DNA of 62,236 bases, filler included. It is 4 parts of 4 records of this genome, joined end to end, with 100 filler letters (N's around TTAATTAATTAA, not from the genome) between each part and the next. Parts side by side here need not be neighbours in the genome. Positions count along the whole stretch, not along the records: positions 35,528 to 49,326 come from SRR20825019_2558; positions 49,427 to 62,236 come from SRR20825019_2559; 2 more parts are not named here. One strand, written 5' to 3'. The translations under genes were made by a program, and so were the position numbers. Of the stretch, positions 48,157 to 58,703 are shown one piece after another. Below the pieces are notes generated by a model that ran no database searches, was not told the DNA's origin, and saw only the letters and a program-made list of their open reading frames with translations. Every line of letters starts with the position of its first letter. The first letter of the stretch is position 1.

Positions 48157-49134
48157 ATGATACATCTTTACAGAATTGGCGGCGAAAAATCTGCATTGCC
48201 GGCCTCCGAAACGCCGGAGCCGCTCGATGATGATGTGATCTGGATCGATATGCTGGATCCGACGGATGCCGATATTCATACTGTTGAGACGCTTCTCAGC
48301 GTGTCGCTGCCAACGCGGGAATCGCTGAAGGATATCGAGCCCTCCAGCCGGTTTTACACGCAGGGTGATGTCGTTTACATGACCGCCTCAGTGGTGATGA
48401 ATGTTGACTTCGGTCTCGCGCATCTGACGGATGTCGGTTGCATTCTGGCAGCCGGACGGCTGATCACGATCCGTCATGCCGAACCGAAACCGTTCTTCCT
48501 GTTTTCTGCCGATATGAAGCGTCTGCCGCTGCGGCCAGGGCAGGGGGCAAAAGTACTTGTTTATCTGCTGGATGCCGTGGTCGATCGTACGGCCGAGATC
48601 ATCGAACTGGCCGTGTCCAAAATTGACAATATTTCGATTGCTGTCTTCGGTGAAGGTGCGCGCGGGCGGCGGCGTCCGCCAGCAGAGCTCGAAGAGCGGC
48701 TGATCGAGATTTCCACCTATCACCGATTGATCAGCAAGACCCGCGACAGCCTGACGACGCTGTCGCGGCTGACAACCTATGTTCAGTCATTGCAGGTTGT
48801 CCGCGATGATAAGCCGACCAAGGATCTCTGCCGCATTGTTGCCCATGATATCCAGTCGCTGGCCGAACATGTCGGCTTCGTATCGTCGAATATCTCGTTC
48901 CTGCTGGATTCGTCGCTTGGACTCATCAATCTTGAACAGAACAATATCATGAAGCTGTTCTCTGTCGTTTCCGTTGTGTTCGCGCCGCCCATGCTGATTG
49001 CCGGGATCTACGGCATGAATTTTGACATCATGCCCGAGTTGCATTGGCATCTCGGCTACCCGGCGGCACTTTTCGGAATGTTTATGACGATGTTTCTGGC
49101 GATTTACTGGCTGAGAGCACGCGGCTGGTTTTAG
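48157..49134 (+). CDS. corA: CorA family Mg/Co transporter
   Basis: WIDM, YGMNF, MPEL, two C-terminal TM helices. Confidence 0.9.
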   Translation: MIHLYRIGGEKSALPASETPEPLDDDVIWIDMLDPTDADIHTVETLLSVSLPTRESLKDIEPSSRFYTQGDVVYMTASVVMNVDFGLAHLTDVGCILAAGRLITIRHAEPKPFFLFSADMKRLPLRPGQGAKVLVYLLDAVVDRTAEIIELAVSKIDNISIAVFGEGARGRRRPPAELEERLIEISTYHRLISKTRDSLTTLSRLTTYVQSLQVVRDDKPTKDLCRIVAHDIQSLAEHVGFVSSNISFLLDSSLGLINLEQNNIMKLFSVVSVVFAPPMLIAGIYGMNFDIMPELHWHLGYPAALFGMFMTMFLAIYWLRARGWF

Positions 49135-49269
49135 GGCTTTAAACATGCGGGCAAGAACTTGATAGGCGATGCAAGGCCGCACGGTCTTCTTGGCTGACTG
49201 ACAATGCGAAAGCGCTTTGCCGAAGAGAATTTCAGTTTATATCAAAATCGTGAAAGTCTTTGGAAAAAC

Positions 49270-49326
49270 TGGAGCGGGCGAAGGGATTCGAACCCTCGAC
49301 CCCAACCTTGGCAAGGTTGTGCTCTA
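49270..49326 (-). tRNA. tRNA-Gly(GCC), 5' end cut by the contig edge
   Basis: Minus strand TAGAGCACAACCTTGCCAAGGTTGGGGTCGAGGGTTCGAATCCCTTCGCCCGCTCCA. Confidence 0.93.
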
Positions 49327-49426
49327 NNNNNNNNNNNNNNNNNNNNNNNNNNNNNNNNNNNNNNNNNNNNTTAATTAATTAANNNNNNNNNNNNNNNNNN
49401 NNNNNNNNNNNNNNNNNNNNNNNNNN
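49327..49426. other. Artificial contig linker
   Basis: 44 N + TTAATTAATTAA + 44 N. Confidence 0.97.
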
Positions 49427-49872
49427 CCCCGATGCTCCTCGAAGGTGAGAATATCGGCCATGATCTGACACGGATGCGTGTCATCCGTCAGCCCGTTGAT
49501 CACCGGAACGGTCGCATTCTCCGCCAGTTCGACAAGACGCTCATGCGCTGTCGTGCGGATCATGATCGCATCGACATAGCGCGAGAGCACCTTTGCCGTA
49601 TCAGCGATGGTCTCGGAGCGGCCGAGTTGCATCTCCGCGCCCGTGAGCATGATCGTTTCACCGCCAAGCTGACGCATGCCGACATCAAAGGAAACGCGGG
49701 TACGGGTCGACGGCTTATCGAAGATCATCGCCAACGCCTTGCCTTCCAGAGGCCTTTCGCGCTCGCCGGCCTTCAGCCGCGCCTTGCGTGCTCGTGCATC
49801 GTCGAGCATGAAACGCAGATCCTGCGGATCAACGGTCGAAAGATCAATGAAGTGGCGCAGACCACTGGCCAT
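49427..49872 (-). CDS. argF: Ornithine carbamoyltransferase, 3' truncated
   Basis: [13 protein letters not shown]; downstream of argD. Confidence 0.95.
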
Positions 49873-49891
49873 GCCCGTCTCCCTGGTTTTC

Positions 49892-51085
49892 TCAAGCATC
49901 GGCTTTTTCGGTCGCCCTCACCGCGGCGGCGGCATCATGGATGCGCTTCACCGCCTCGCGGATCTCGTCTTCGGTAATGATCAATGGCGGCAAAAGCCGA
50001 AGTACGTTGTCACCAGCCGGCACCACGAGCATCTTCTGATCGCGCAGCGCCTCCAGCAGACGCAGATTCTGCACCTTGCATTTGATGCCGAGCATGAGGC
50101 CCTCGCCGCGGACGCCCTCGATAATGTCCGGGAACTCGTCCGCGACGGCAGCAAGGCTCTGCTTGAACTGAAGCCCTTTCCTGCTGATGCTTTCCATGAA
50201 GCCATCAGCGAGAACGATATCCAGAACCGCATTGCCCACAGCCATTGCGAGCGGATTGCCGCCAAAGGTTGTGCCGTGGGTGCCGGGGGTCATGCCCTTG
50301 GCGGCTTCCGACGTCGCCAGGCAGGCGCCCAGCGGAAAACCGCCGCCAATCCCCTTCGCCACAGCCATGAGGTCAGGCGTGATCTCTGCCCATTCATGTG
50401 CAAACAGCTTGCCGGTACGTCCAACGCCGCTCTGCACCTCATCAAGGATGAGCAGCAGCCCGTGGCGATCACAGATTTCGCGTAGACGTCTCAATGATGC
50501 GTTGGGGATCGGGCGAACCCCGCCCTCGCCCTGGATGGGCTCGACCAGGATCGCGGCCGTCTCGGGGCCAATCATTTTCAGAAGCGCTTCGGTATCGTCA
50601 AACGGAACCTGATCGAAGCCGTCGACTTTCGGGCCAAAACCCTCGAGATACTTCGCCTGTCCGCCGGCGGCGATGGTTGCGAGCGTACGGCCGTGGAACG
50701 CGCCTTCGAACGTGATCACGCGATAGCGTTCGGGCTGCCCGTTCACATGGTGGTAGCGCCGCGCCGTCTTGATGGCGCACTCCAGCGCCTCTGCGCCGGA
50801 ATTGGTGAAGAACACCCTGTCGGCGAAGCTGCTTTCAGCCAGCCGCTCTCCGAGCCGAGCCTGGCCGGGTATCTCGTATACATTAGAGACATGCCACAGT
50901 TTGCCGGCCTGCTCCGTCAACGCAGCGATAAGATGCGGATGGGCATGACCCAGCGAGTTGACTGCAATTCCGGCTGCGAAATCCAGATAGCGCTCGCCTT
51001 CAGCGGTCTCTATCCAGCATCCTTCGCCTCGTTCAAACGCCAGTGGCTGGCGAGCATAAGTTCCATAAAGCGCAGATTCACGCAT
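49892..51085 (-). CDS. argD: Acetylornithine aminotransferase
   Basis: [41 protein letters not shown]; start set at MRESALY. Confidence 0.93.
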   Translation of the reverse strand: MRESALYGTYARQPLAFERGEGCWIETAEGERYLDFAAGIAVNSLGHAHPHLIAALTEQAGKLWHVSNVYEIPGQARLGERLAESSFADRVFFTNSGAEALECAIKTARRYHHVNGQPERYRVITFEGAFHGRTLATIAAGGQAKYLEGFGPKVDGFDQVPFDDTEALLKMIGPETAAILVEPIQGEGGVRPIPNASLRRLREICDRHGLLLILDEVQSGVGRTGKLFAHEWAEITPDLMAVAKGIGGGFPLGACLATSEAAKGMTPGTHGTTFGGNPLAMAVGNAVLDIVLADGFMESISRKGLQFKQSLAAVADEFPDIIEGVRGEGLMLGIKCKVQNLRLLEALRDQKMLVVPAGDNVLRLLPPLIITEDEIREAVKRIHDAAAAVRATEKADA

Positions 51086-51460
51086 CCACACGGTCTCCGC
51101 TGAGCCTGAGATTGGTATCCGCTCCGAACAAGTACGGGCACGGACGAATGAAATCAAAATGCCGCCCAAGGGGCGGCACTCGTGCGATTTATCGGTTGTT
51201 TCCGCTTGGCTGTCAACGCACGCGGGCACGACAGCTCAGTGACAGCAAAAACCAGCAAATTGGGGAAAACCCCAAAAAGCGAATCAGCTTACGGTAAGGA
51301 CTCTTGTCACGGAGTCTCGCGATAAGGTAGTTTCAGCCCAAGCAAAAAGACTACATTTTGTGCGGCGGACCACATCTACCATGATCATATGGTGCTCCCT
51401 CAGCTTTGGCTGAGCGAGACTGGATTCGGATTCCGCACGCTTGGACAGGAGCGTGTCCCG

Positions 51461-51976
51461 ATGAACTGGACTGACGAAAGAGTCGAAACCTTGAAGAAAT
51501 TGTGGGCGGAGGGCTTGAGCGCAAGCCAGATCGCCGCACAGCTTGGCGGCGTCAGCCGCAATGCCGTGATTGGAAAGGTCCACCGCCTCAAGCTGTCCAG
51601 CCGGGGCCGCGCCACCAGCCCGCGCACCCGCCAGAAAAAGGCGCCTCCCGCGGCACAGGGCACGACGACGTCGCGCCGACCCCGCAATACCCGGCCGACC
51701 ACGGTCAGCGTGGGTGCAACGGCACTGCAAGCCCAGTTTGACGAGGAGCCGGTAGCCCGGACCTATCTTCGCCCGACGGAAAATGTGGTGGTCCCGATCT
51801 CGCGCAAGCTTGAGCTGGTGCAACTCACCGAGTCCACCTGCAAATGGCCGAACGGCGACCCTCTTTCTGAAGACTTCAGCTTCTGTGGCAATGAAGCGGG
51901 CGAGAACGGCCCTTACTGCACCTATCATTCACGTCTTGCCTATCAGCCCGCATCGGAGCGGCGCAGGAGCCGCTGA
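51461..51976 (+). CDS. gcrA: Cell-cycle regulator GcrA
   Basis: MNWTDERVETLKKLW.EGLSASQIA, SRNAVIGKVHRL, CKWP.GDP, YC.YH. Confidence 0.95.
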   Translation: MNWTDERVETLKKLWAEGLSASQIAAQLGGVSRNAVIGKVHRLKLSSRGRATSPRTRQKKAPPAAQGTTTSRRPRNTRPTTVSVGATALQAQFDEEPVARTYLRPTENVVVPISRKLELVQLTESTCKWPNGDPLSEDFSFCGNEAGENGPYCTYHSRLAYQPASERRRSR

Positions 51977-52001
51977 ACCTATCCTATGTCTCCTCTGGAC
52001 T

Positions 52002-52037
52002 AACCCGGCCAAGGTTTACCGCGGCCGGGTTTTCTTT
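52002..52037 (+). terminator. Intrinsic terminator after gcrA
   Basis: AACCCGGCC/GGCCGGGTT hairpin followed by TTCTTT. Confidence 0.65.
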
Positions 52038-52046
52038 GTCGATTGG

Positions 52047-52931
52047 TTAAGCCGCTCTCGAAAGTGCCGAACACCACCACTGCCAGGCGGCGTCCTCGAT
52101 GGCGCTCCGTCGTTTTCGGGAACGAACCAGGCGGAACTGCCCATAAGGCAATATCGGCCCATCCAGCCATTTCAGAAGACCCGTAGCCAGCTCCCGCCCA
52201 AGCAGGCTTACATTCGCGAGAAGGACTCCCTGCCCGCTTATTGCCGCCTGGACGGCATGGGCCTCATCCGAGAACCACGCAATCCGCCCCGTATCGAGAG
52301 CCCCAAAGCCGGCTTCCCGCCACCATTTTTCCCAATCAGGCGCTTCGGGGTGGGGTGACATCCATTCAAACGCCAGAAGCGGCGCGTCGAGGACGGACAA
52401 GTGGGCAAGAGATGGAGCCGCCACAGGTGCAAATCTCCCGGGGGCAAGGTCGAGACTTTCAAGGCCAGGATCGATATCCCGCTGGAACCGAACCGCAAGA
52501 TCGGCATCACCGCTCCCCAGATCGACCACATCATCGGAGGCAAGAATACGGCAGCCCAGCTCAGGGAACGCAGTACGGAACGCACGCACCTGCGGCGCAA
52601 TCCAGAACGTCGAGACGGCCATGGTCGCCGAAACCACCAGCGAACTCTGAGAAAGATCGCGCCGGACCGCATCCAATGCATCGCCAATGCGCCCGAATGC
52701 ATCCTCCAGTATCGGATAGAGACGAGCGCCTTCCCGGGTCAACAGGATGCGCCGCACGTGGCGCTCGAAGAGGTCGCAACCCAATTGCTCTTCCAGCTTT
52801 CTGATCTGATGACTGACGGCTGTCGGTGTCACATTGAGCATATGGGCCGCTTTTTTAAAGCTTCCCCAACGCGCCACCTCGACGAAAGTGCGCAGCGCGG
52901 GCAACGGCATCCAGGACAAGGCGACCTCCAT
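52047..52931 (-). CDS. LysR family regulator (GcvA-like)
   Basis: LRTFVEVAR..SFKKAA..VTPTAVSHQIRKLE; start uncertain. Confidence 0.9.
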   Translation of the reverse strand: MEVALSWMPLPALRTFVEVARWGSFKKAAHMLNVTPTAVSHQIRKLEEQLGCDLFERHVRRILLTREGARLYPILEDAFGRIGDALDAVRRDLSQSSLVVSATMAVSTFWIAPQVRAFRTAFPELGCRILASDDVVDLGSGDADLAVRFQRDIDPGLESLDLAPGRFAPVAAPSLAHLSVLDAPLLAFEWMSPHPEAPDWEKWWREAGFGALDTGRIAWFSDEAHAVQAAISGQGVLLANVSLLGRELATGLLKWLDGPILPYGQFRLVRSRKRRSAIEDAAWQWWCSALSRAA

Positions 52932-52935
52932 ATGG

Positions 52936-52950
52936 ATGAACAAAATTCAT
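52936..52950. promoter_or_regulatory. LysR recognition box
   Basis: ATGAA-CAAAA-TTCAT (T-N11-A dyad) between divergent lysR and ridA. Confidence 0.6.
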
Positions 52951-53029
52951 TTATATGCTGAGAATTCACCTTTTGTCACAGCGGGGTAGCTGCGTCATAG
53001 CTAATTTATAACTCAAATGGAGAACAGCC

Positions 53030-53416
53030 ATGACACTCAAGCAGATCCACACCGAACCTGACCCTTATGCCCCTTACCTGCTTTCTCAAGGAATTCAGGC
53101 GGGCAATCTTGTATTCATTTCGGGCCAGGCCGGATATGACGAGGATGGTCAGATCGTTGAAGGTGGATTTCTGGCCCAGGGGCGCCGCGCTTTCAAAAAC
53201 CTGGAACGCGCACTCAACAGTGGAGGGCTGGGTTTCCGCGATGTCGCCAAGGTGACCATTTTCGTGACCGACATGCAGAATTTCGCTGACGTGGTCACGT
53301 TGCGGCGGGAGTTCTTTTCCGCACCCTACCCCGCCGACAGCATTCTTGAGGTGAAGGCTCTCTACACCCCAGAAGCAATGATCGAAATCGAGGCCATCGC
53401 TATCGCAAACGCATGA
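53030..53416 (+). CDS. RidA/YjgF family protein
   Basis: SQGI.AGNLVFISGQ, VAKVTIF, IEIEAIA. Confidence 0.88.
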   Translation: MTLKQIHTEPDPYAPYLLSQGIQAGNLVFISGQAGYDEDGQIVEGGFLAQGRRAFKNLERALNSGGLGFRDVAKVTIFVTDMQNFADVVTLRREFFSAPYPADSILEVKALYTPEAMIEIEAIAIANA

Positions 53417-53479
53417 CGCATGCCTTCTGGCGCACGCTCCGGCGTGCGCTGGACCGCGTTCTCCGGGATCAAGAGATTC

Positions 53480-54196
53480 CTACGCCTCGGGTTCCGCAAT
53501 GACGCTGTGGCTTTGATCTTCCTTTGGACGCTCCAGCGGCAACTGGCGTCCTGTCACGATGTGGTGCACGGTCTCGGCAATGTTGGTCGCATGATCACCG
53601 ATACGCTCAATGTTCTTGGCGCAGAACAAAAGATGCGTACAGGCGGTGATGTTGCGCGGGTCTTCCATCATGTAAGTAAGAAGTTCCCGGAAGAGCGACG
53701 TGTACATCGCATCAATTTCCTCATCCCGGTCGCGAACGAAACCGATCCGCTCAACGGATCGGGACGCATAAACGTCGAGCACTTCCTTCAACTGGGTGAG
53801 CGCCAGGCCGGCGAGTGCCTCCAATCCGCGAAAGAGACGAACCGGCTGCTTGCCCTCAGTCACGGCAACGACACGCTTTGCGATGTTTTTGCCGAGGTCG
53901 CCGATACGCTCCAGGTCCGAAGAGATGCGGATCGCGCCGACAATCTCGCGCAGGTCATCGGCAACCGGCTGCCGTTTGCCGATAATGATGACGGCCCGCT
54001 CGCCGATCTCCCGCTCCTTGGCGTCGAGAAATGCGTCGTCTTCCACCACCTTCCGGGCAAGACCTGAGTCTGACTGCACCAGCGCCGCGACGGATTCTGC
54101 GACCATGCGCTCAGCATACCCACCCATCGCTGCGATCTGGTCCGACAGGTAGTTCAACTCATCGTCGAAGGACCGCATCGTGTGCTGGTTCTGCAT
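53480..54196 (-). CDS. phoU: Phosphate signalling protein PhoU
   Basis: RQPVADDLR, DLERIGDL, NIERIGDHATNIAE. Confidence 0.95.
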   Translation of the reverse strand: MQNQHTMRSFDDELNYLSDQIAAMGGYAERMVAESVAALVQSDSGLARKVVEDDAFLDAKEREIGERAVIIIGKRQPVADDLREIVGAIRISSDLERIGDLGKNIAKRVVAVTEGKQPVRLFRGLEALAGLALTQLKEVLDVYASRSVERIGFVRDRDEEIDAMYTSLFRELLTYMMEDPRNITACTHLLFCAKNIERIGDHATNIAETVHHIVTGRQLPLERPKEDQSHSVIAEPEA

Positions 54197-54210
54197 GATA
54201 TCATTCCTCT

Positions 54211-54225
54211 TCAGCCAAACCGGCC
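54211..54225 (-). pseudogene. Probable last codons of a deleted pstB
   Basis: GGC CGG TTT GGC TGA = GRFG*, the usual PstB C-terminus, just before the phoU RBS. Confidence 0.55.
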
Positions 54226-54246
54226 TCGCTGTTTCCCACCCTTACT

Positions 54247-54275
54247 ATGTGATTGTGATGGCGGGAAAATGAAAG
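54247..54275 (-). promoter_or_regulatory. Degenerate Pho box array
   Basis: CTTTCAT-TTTC-CCGCCAT-CACA-ATCACAT, 11-bp period, compared with consensus CTGTCAT-N4. Confidence 0.5.
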
Positions 54276-54301
54276 TCGCGCAACCCTGCGCAAGCGCGCC
54301 T

Positions 54302-55504
54302 TCAGGTGCGCTCGCCAACGGATGCAGACGGTGGAACCGGTGGAAAGTGCACCATGAATGCTGCCCCCTGGCCGGATCCGGACTTGACCGACAATCGAGC
54401 GTCATGCCGCGTCAATATGTGCTTGACGATGGACAGGCCGAGACCCGTGCCTTTCTGCGTGCGGCTGGTTTCCACATCGACGCGATAAAAGCGCTCGGTG
54501 ATGCGGGGGATATGTTCTTCAGGAATGCCAGGCCCAAAATCCCGCACCGTGACACGCACTTCGTCCATGGGGCTTGCCTGATCCGCAGAGACAATTATCC
54601 GTTCGCCTGAGCTGCCGTATTTGCAGGCGTTCTCCAGCAGGTTCTCAAAAACCTGAACCAGCTCATCGGAATGACCGGCCACCAAAAGCGGCGTGTCGCC
54701 GAGCTCGGAGACGATGTCGACCCCGTTCTCACTGGCGATATGCCGCATGGATTCGATCACCCCCTTTACCAGCGCCACCACATCGATCTGAACGTTCGGT
54801 TTTTGGTAGGGCTTCATTTCCAGGCGTGAAAGCGAAAGCAGATCATCGATCAGGCGGGCCATTCGCTGCGTCTGGTTCTGCATGATCTGCAGGAAGTTAT
54901 CCCGTGCCGCAGGATCATCGCGGGCCGGGCCGCGCAATGTTTCGATGAAGCCTGCAACGGACGCGAGCGGCGTTCGCAACTCATGGCTCGCATTCGCGAT
55001 GAAGTCCGCCCGCATCCGGTCGATCCGACGTGCCTCGCTCTGATCCTTGAACATAAGCACATAGAGACCGGTGTCGTTTCCGATCCGGCTCGCCACCACA
55101 CGATAGGCCCGCTCCACCGGCACGCGCTCAGCGTAGTTGATCGCAGTCGATTCCTCTTCGCCCGATATGACACGACTGACAAGCTCGTGCATTTCGGGTG
55201 CGCGGAACTTCAGCCGCAGGGATACGTTCTTTGTGACAGGGCCAAATGCAAGGTCGGCGGCCTCGTTGGAGTAGAGAATGCTTCCGCCAGCGTCGAAAAT
55301 ATAAAGCGGATCGAGTACCGCCGCAGCCAGATAAACGGCAGGCAGCGAGTCAATGTCGCCCCGCGCTGTCGGGCGTTGCCCGCTGTCTTCGTCCGGAGTG
55401 TCGCGCTTCACAAAAGCATGGAGGGCCCGCACAAGCGGTGTTCCGCGCTGCCTGATACGCTGCAGAACCTTTCGCTGCCCTGCTTCCCGCTTTTCATCTT
55501 TCAT
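54302..55504 (-). CDS. phoR: Phosphate regulon sensor kinase PhoR (no obvious TM segment)
   Basis: [46 protein letters not shown]; upstream of phoU. Confidence 0.88.
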   Translation of the reverse strand: MKDEKREAGQRKVLQRIRQRGTPLVRALHAFVKRDTPDEDSGQRPTARGDIDSLPAVYLAAAVLDPLYIFDAGGSILYSNEAADLAFGPVTKNVSLRLKFRAPEMHELVSRVISGEEESTAINYAERVPVERAYRVVASRIGNDTGLYVLMFKDQSEARRIDRMRADFIANASHELRTPLASVAGFIETLRGPARDDPAARDNFLQIMQNQTQRMARLIDDLLSLSRLEMKPYQKPNVQIDVVALVKGVIESMRHIASENGVDIVSELGDTPLLVAGHSDELVQVFENLLENACKYGSSGERIIVSADQASPMDEVRVTVRDFGPGIPEEHIPRITERFYRVDVETSRTQKGTGLGLSIVKHILTRHDARLSVKSGSGQGAAFMVHFPPVPPSASVGERT

Positions 55505-55651
55505 ACCGCCAACCAACTTTATTCCCGTGGGCGCCAGCACGCAGTTTCCCGGGTTCGTTTCATGAAGACCTGTTGTTGCTTTGCCTTCGCCGCTGGACCT
55601 TGTATCAAGCTGCAAATAGCATGGACACTCCCACGGTTCAGGATCGATTTT

Positions 55652-56551
55652 ATGAACAAGCCTCTGGAAAACCCCGCCCTGGAAAAAATCGAACCCATCA
55701 AGCTGTCCCTGGCTGGCAAGAAAAGGGAGTTCGACATAAACGATCCGGACCTTCCAGACTGGATCAAGGACAAGGAACTGACGGCGGGCGGATATCCCTA
55801 TGACGAAAAGCTCGACAGGGACGATTATGAAGAGCAGCTAGAGGCACTTCAGGTTGAACTCGTCAAACTCCAGGCCTGGATGCAGAAAAGCGGTGCCCGC
55901 GTCATGGCTCTGTTTGAAGGCCGGGACGCCGCCGGCAAGGGCGGTACGATTTCGCGCATTCGCGCATACCTCAACCCACGCAGCGCACGCAATGTTGCCT
56001 TGCCCAAGCCCAGCGAAACCGAGCGGGGCCAATGGTATTTTCAGCGTTATGTGGCACATTTCCCAACCAGTGGCGAGTTGGTCACCTTCGATCGGTCCTG
56101 GTACAATCGGGGCGGCGTCGAGCCCGTAATGGGTTTCTGTACGCCTGCGCAACACGAGCAGTTCCTGGATGAAGCCCCGGATTTCGAACGCGCCATCGTC
56201 AATGACGGCATTCATTTCTTCAAGTTCTGGCTGAATATCGGCCAGGAAACGCAGCTCGGGCGTTTTCATGACCGTCGACACAGCCGGCTTAAATACTGGA
56301 AATTCTCGTCGATGGATGTCGCCGGCATAAAGAAATGGGATGATTATACCCGTATGCGCGATCTCATGCTCGAGCGCACGCACAGCGCCCATGCGCCGTG
56401 GACGATCGTGCGGGCGAATGACAAGCGACGGGCACGCCTCGCGGTCATTCGCCGGATGCTTCTGTCAATTGCCTATGACGGCCGCGACCTTGAGGCCATC
56501 GGCCAGGAAGATCAGCTTATCATCGGTTCAGGCCCCGGGTTTCTGGATTGA
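55652..56551 (+). CDS. ppk2: Polyphosphate kinase 2
   Basis: [25 protein letters not shown]; start set at MNKPLEN. Confidence 0.93.
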   Translation: MNKPLENPALEKIEPIKLSLAGKKREFDINDPDLPDWIKDKELTAGGYPYDEKLDRDDYEEQLEALQVELVKLQAWMQKSGARVMALFEGRDAAGKGGTISRIRAYLNPRSARNVALPKPSETERGQWYFQRYVAHFPTSGELVTFDRSWYNRGGVEPVMGFCTPAQHEQFLDEAPDFERAIVNDGIHFFKFWLNIGQETQLGRFHDRRHSRLKYWKFSSMDVAGIKKWDDYTRMRDLMLERTHSAHAPWTIVRANDKRRARLAVIRRMLLSIAYDGRDLEAIGQEDQLIIGSGPGFLD

Positions 56552-58468
56552 AACCCGGACTTGATGGCGTCTTTTGTGTGGCGTTTTCTCCCAGTGATGG
56601 GGATTCCAGTAGAGTTGCCAGACGCAACGCCACGCGGCGACCGACATCAGACACCAATAAGCCGGGGTCCACAGAACGCGCTTCCAGAAGCCCGATCTTT
56701 CGGTCTTGTGGAGCGTCGACCAGCCCAGCATCAAAAACGCTGCATGGCCCAAAACCACATTCGCGGTATCGATGAGCAACAACAGACCTTCCACAGGTCT
56801 GAATACGCCGCCGAAAATCCAGTAGATGCCGATCCCAAGAGTGGTCGCCCAGAACACACCATAGGCCAGTGCCGACAGCACCATGCCTGCGAACAACACC
56901 TGCATGATCAAGAAAGATGGCATCCCAACTTCGCGAGCCGTTGCGAAGGGGTTTCGCATATGGACAAGCCAGGTCTGAACCCATCCCTTGAACCACCGGG
57001 TGCGCTGAGGCAGCCAGGTGCGAATATCTGTCGGAGCATCCTCCTGCGTGGCATTGCAGATCACGTCCGTCCGATACCCGAACCGACAAAGGCGAGCGCC
57101 GAGGTCCGCATCTTCCGTCACATTGTAGGGATCCCACCCGCCAGCGTCCTCAAGCGCAGACCGGCGGAAGTGGTTCGAGGTGCCACCCAGGGGCATCATT
57201 AAACCGCGCCGCGCCAACCATGGCAGCACCGCACGGAAGAGTGCTGCGTATTCGAGCGCGAACATCGCCGACACCCAGCTCTCACGTCGATTGGAGATGC
57301 TCAGAGGCGCCTGGACACAGGCAAGCCGCTCATCCGCGTTGCGGAAGGCATGCCAAGCTTCGACGAGCTGGAACGGGTGTGGACGGTCCTCCGCATCATA
57401 GAGGGCAACGAAGGTTCCCGACGTCATCGGGAGTGCATATGACAGGGCTTTCGGCTTGGTGCGCGGCCCGCCCGCAGGCACTTCAATGACCTCGATATAA
57501 GGTCGCAATTCCTGTGCGCGCAGGGCTGCCAGCGTCTCGCCATCATCCTGTTCGCAGACCAGCTTGATCTCAAGCTTGGCGCGTGGCCAGACGATCTTGC
57601 CAAGCGCGACCAGCAGATCGGGAACGATCTCCGCCTCCCTGTAGAGCGCGATCAGCACCGAATAGACAGGCATCTCTGCCGGACGGACGGTTGTGATAGA
57701 CGGCTGCGACGGCCGGCATCCACTCATCCGAATGATGACTCTTAAAAGGACGCACGAGAAAAAAGCCAAAGAAAACAATCCGTGCAGCACCAGGAGTGTC
57801 AGCCAAGGCGAAAAGAGGGCAGCAAAGGCCAAAGAAACAAGACCGGCCCCCAGCACTGCTCCCTGCCATGCATTGGCGACAAAGCGCGCAGACATCTCCG
57901 GTGCGATCGAAAACAGTTCTTCCGTGGCAATACGCATAAGCGCGTTCTGAGACCGCGACGAAATCGCATCTCGCAATACGGTGGGCTGCACGACTCGAAT
58001 CCGTGTGGAGGCGCGCGGATAACGTTGCACAAACGATCTTAAAGCCGGAATGTTGAGCTTGTCCGGGGCAATGAGCACTACAGACAGCCCGGGCTCGTCT
58101 ACAATCAGGCTCACGCGCGCTCCTCCGCGACGTCCAAGCGCGGCCAGGCCCTGTTTCTCACGCATGACAAGCGCGTCGGGATCCACCCGGGAGACGAAGG
58201 CCAATCCGAGATGCTGCGCAAGAGCAATGAACAAAGCCCGTTCGGACACGAGGCCGGACGACAGAAGCTCCGTCTGAAAACAGACCCCGGCCATCCTGGC
58301 CCGCGCGTCAACGCGGTGCGCTTCGTCTTCAGGGATTGAGAGGGTTTTGAGGATCGGCAGCCAGTCCGCAACGGCAGACGGGACAGCTGCGTCTGGTAAC
58401 CCCTCTTCCTCGCTGATTTCCCCGGATTTGTCTACGATCGTCCGACCTTCGACGAGATGATCCACCAT
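56528..58468 (-). CDS. Membrane glycosyltransferase family 2 (processive type)
   Basis: [31 protein letters not shown]; flanking TM helices. Confidence 0.88.
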   Translation of the reverse strand: MVDHLVEGRTIVDKSGEISEEEGLPDAAVPSAVADWLPILKTLSIPEDEAHRVDARARMAGVCFQTELLSSGLVSERALFIALAQHLGLAFVSRVDPDALVMREKQGLAALGRRGGARVSLIVDEPGLSVVLIAPDKLNIPALRSFVQRYPRASTRIRVVQPTVLRDAISSRSQNALMRIATEELFSIAPEMSARFVANAWQGAVLGAGLVSLAFAALFSPWLTLLVLHGLFSLAFFSCVLLRVIIRMSGCRPSQPSITTVRPAEMPVYSVLIALYREAEIVPDLLVALGKIVWPRAKLEIKLVCEQDDGETLAALRAQELRPYIEVIEVPAGGPRTKPKALSYALPMTSGTFVALYDAEDRPHPFQLVEAWHAFRNADERLACVQAPLSISNRRESWVSAMFALEYAALFRAVLPWLARRGLMMPLGGTSNHFRRSALEDAGGWDPYNVTEDADLGARLCRFGYRTDVICNATQEDAPTDIRTWLPQRTRWFKGWVQTWLVHMRNPFATAREVGMPSFLIMQVLFAGMVLSALAYGVFWATTLGIGIYWIFGGVFRPVEGLLLLIDTANVVLGHAAFLMLGWSTLHKTERSGFWKRVLWTPAYWCLMSVAAWRCVWQLYWNPHHWEKTPHKRRHQVRVSIQKPGA

Positions 58469-58703
58469 CCCATCAGGCGACCTGTCTATATGCCAGACTC
58501 TTCTTTTCGCTCAGGCCTCTCTGGACTAGAGCATAGCCGCCAATAAAACGCGAGTTGGCATCAAAAAATGCGCGCGATAGTTGTAAAACATACTTCATAA
58601 ATCTCTCCCCCGCCAGACTTCAACTATAGCAGCACAATAATCCATCCTCTGCAACTTATGTAAGAATATATTAAAATTGACACCACCCCCCCGTTCTCGG
58701 CCT

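Noticed and set aside
35528-49326. tRNA fragments at both ends as att sites of an island
   Set aside because: They are two different tRNAs, both cut exactly at contig edges; there is no integrase and the content is core genes
54983-55651. Long N-terminal extension on Ppk2
   Set aside because: It overlaps phoR antisense; family-like sequence starts at ATG 55652
8677-56551. Functional link between the arsenate module and the Pho/ppk2 locus
   Set aside because: They are on different contigs from different organisms
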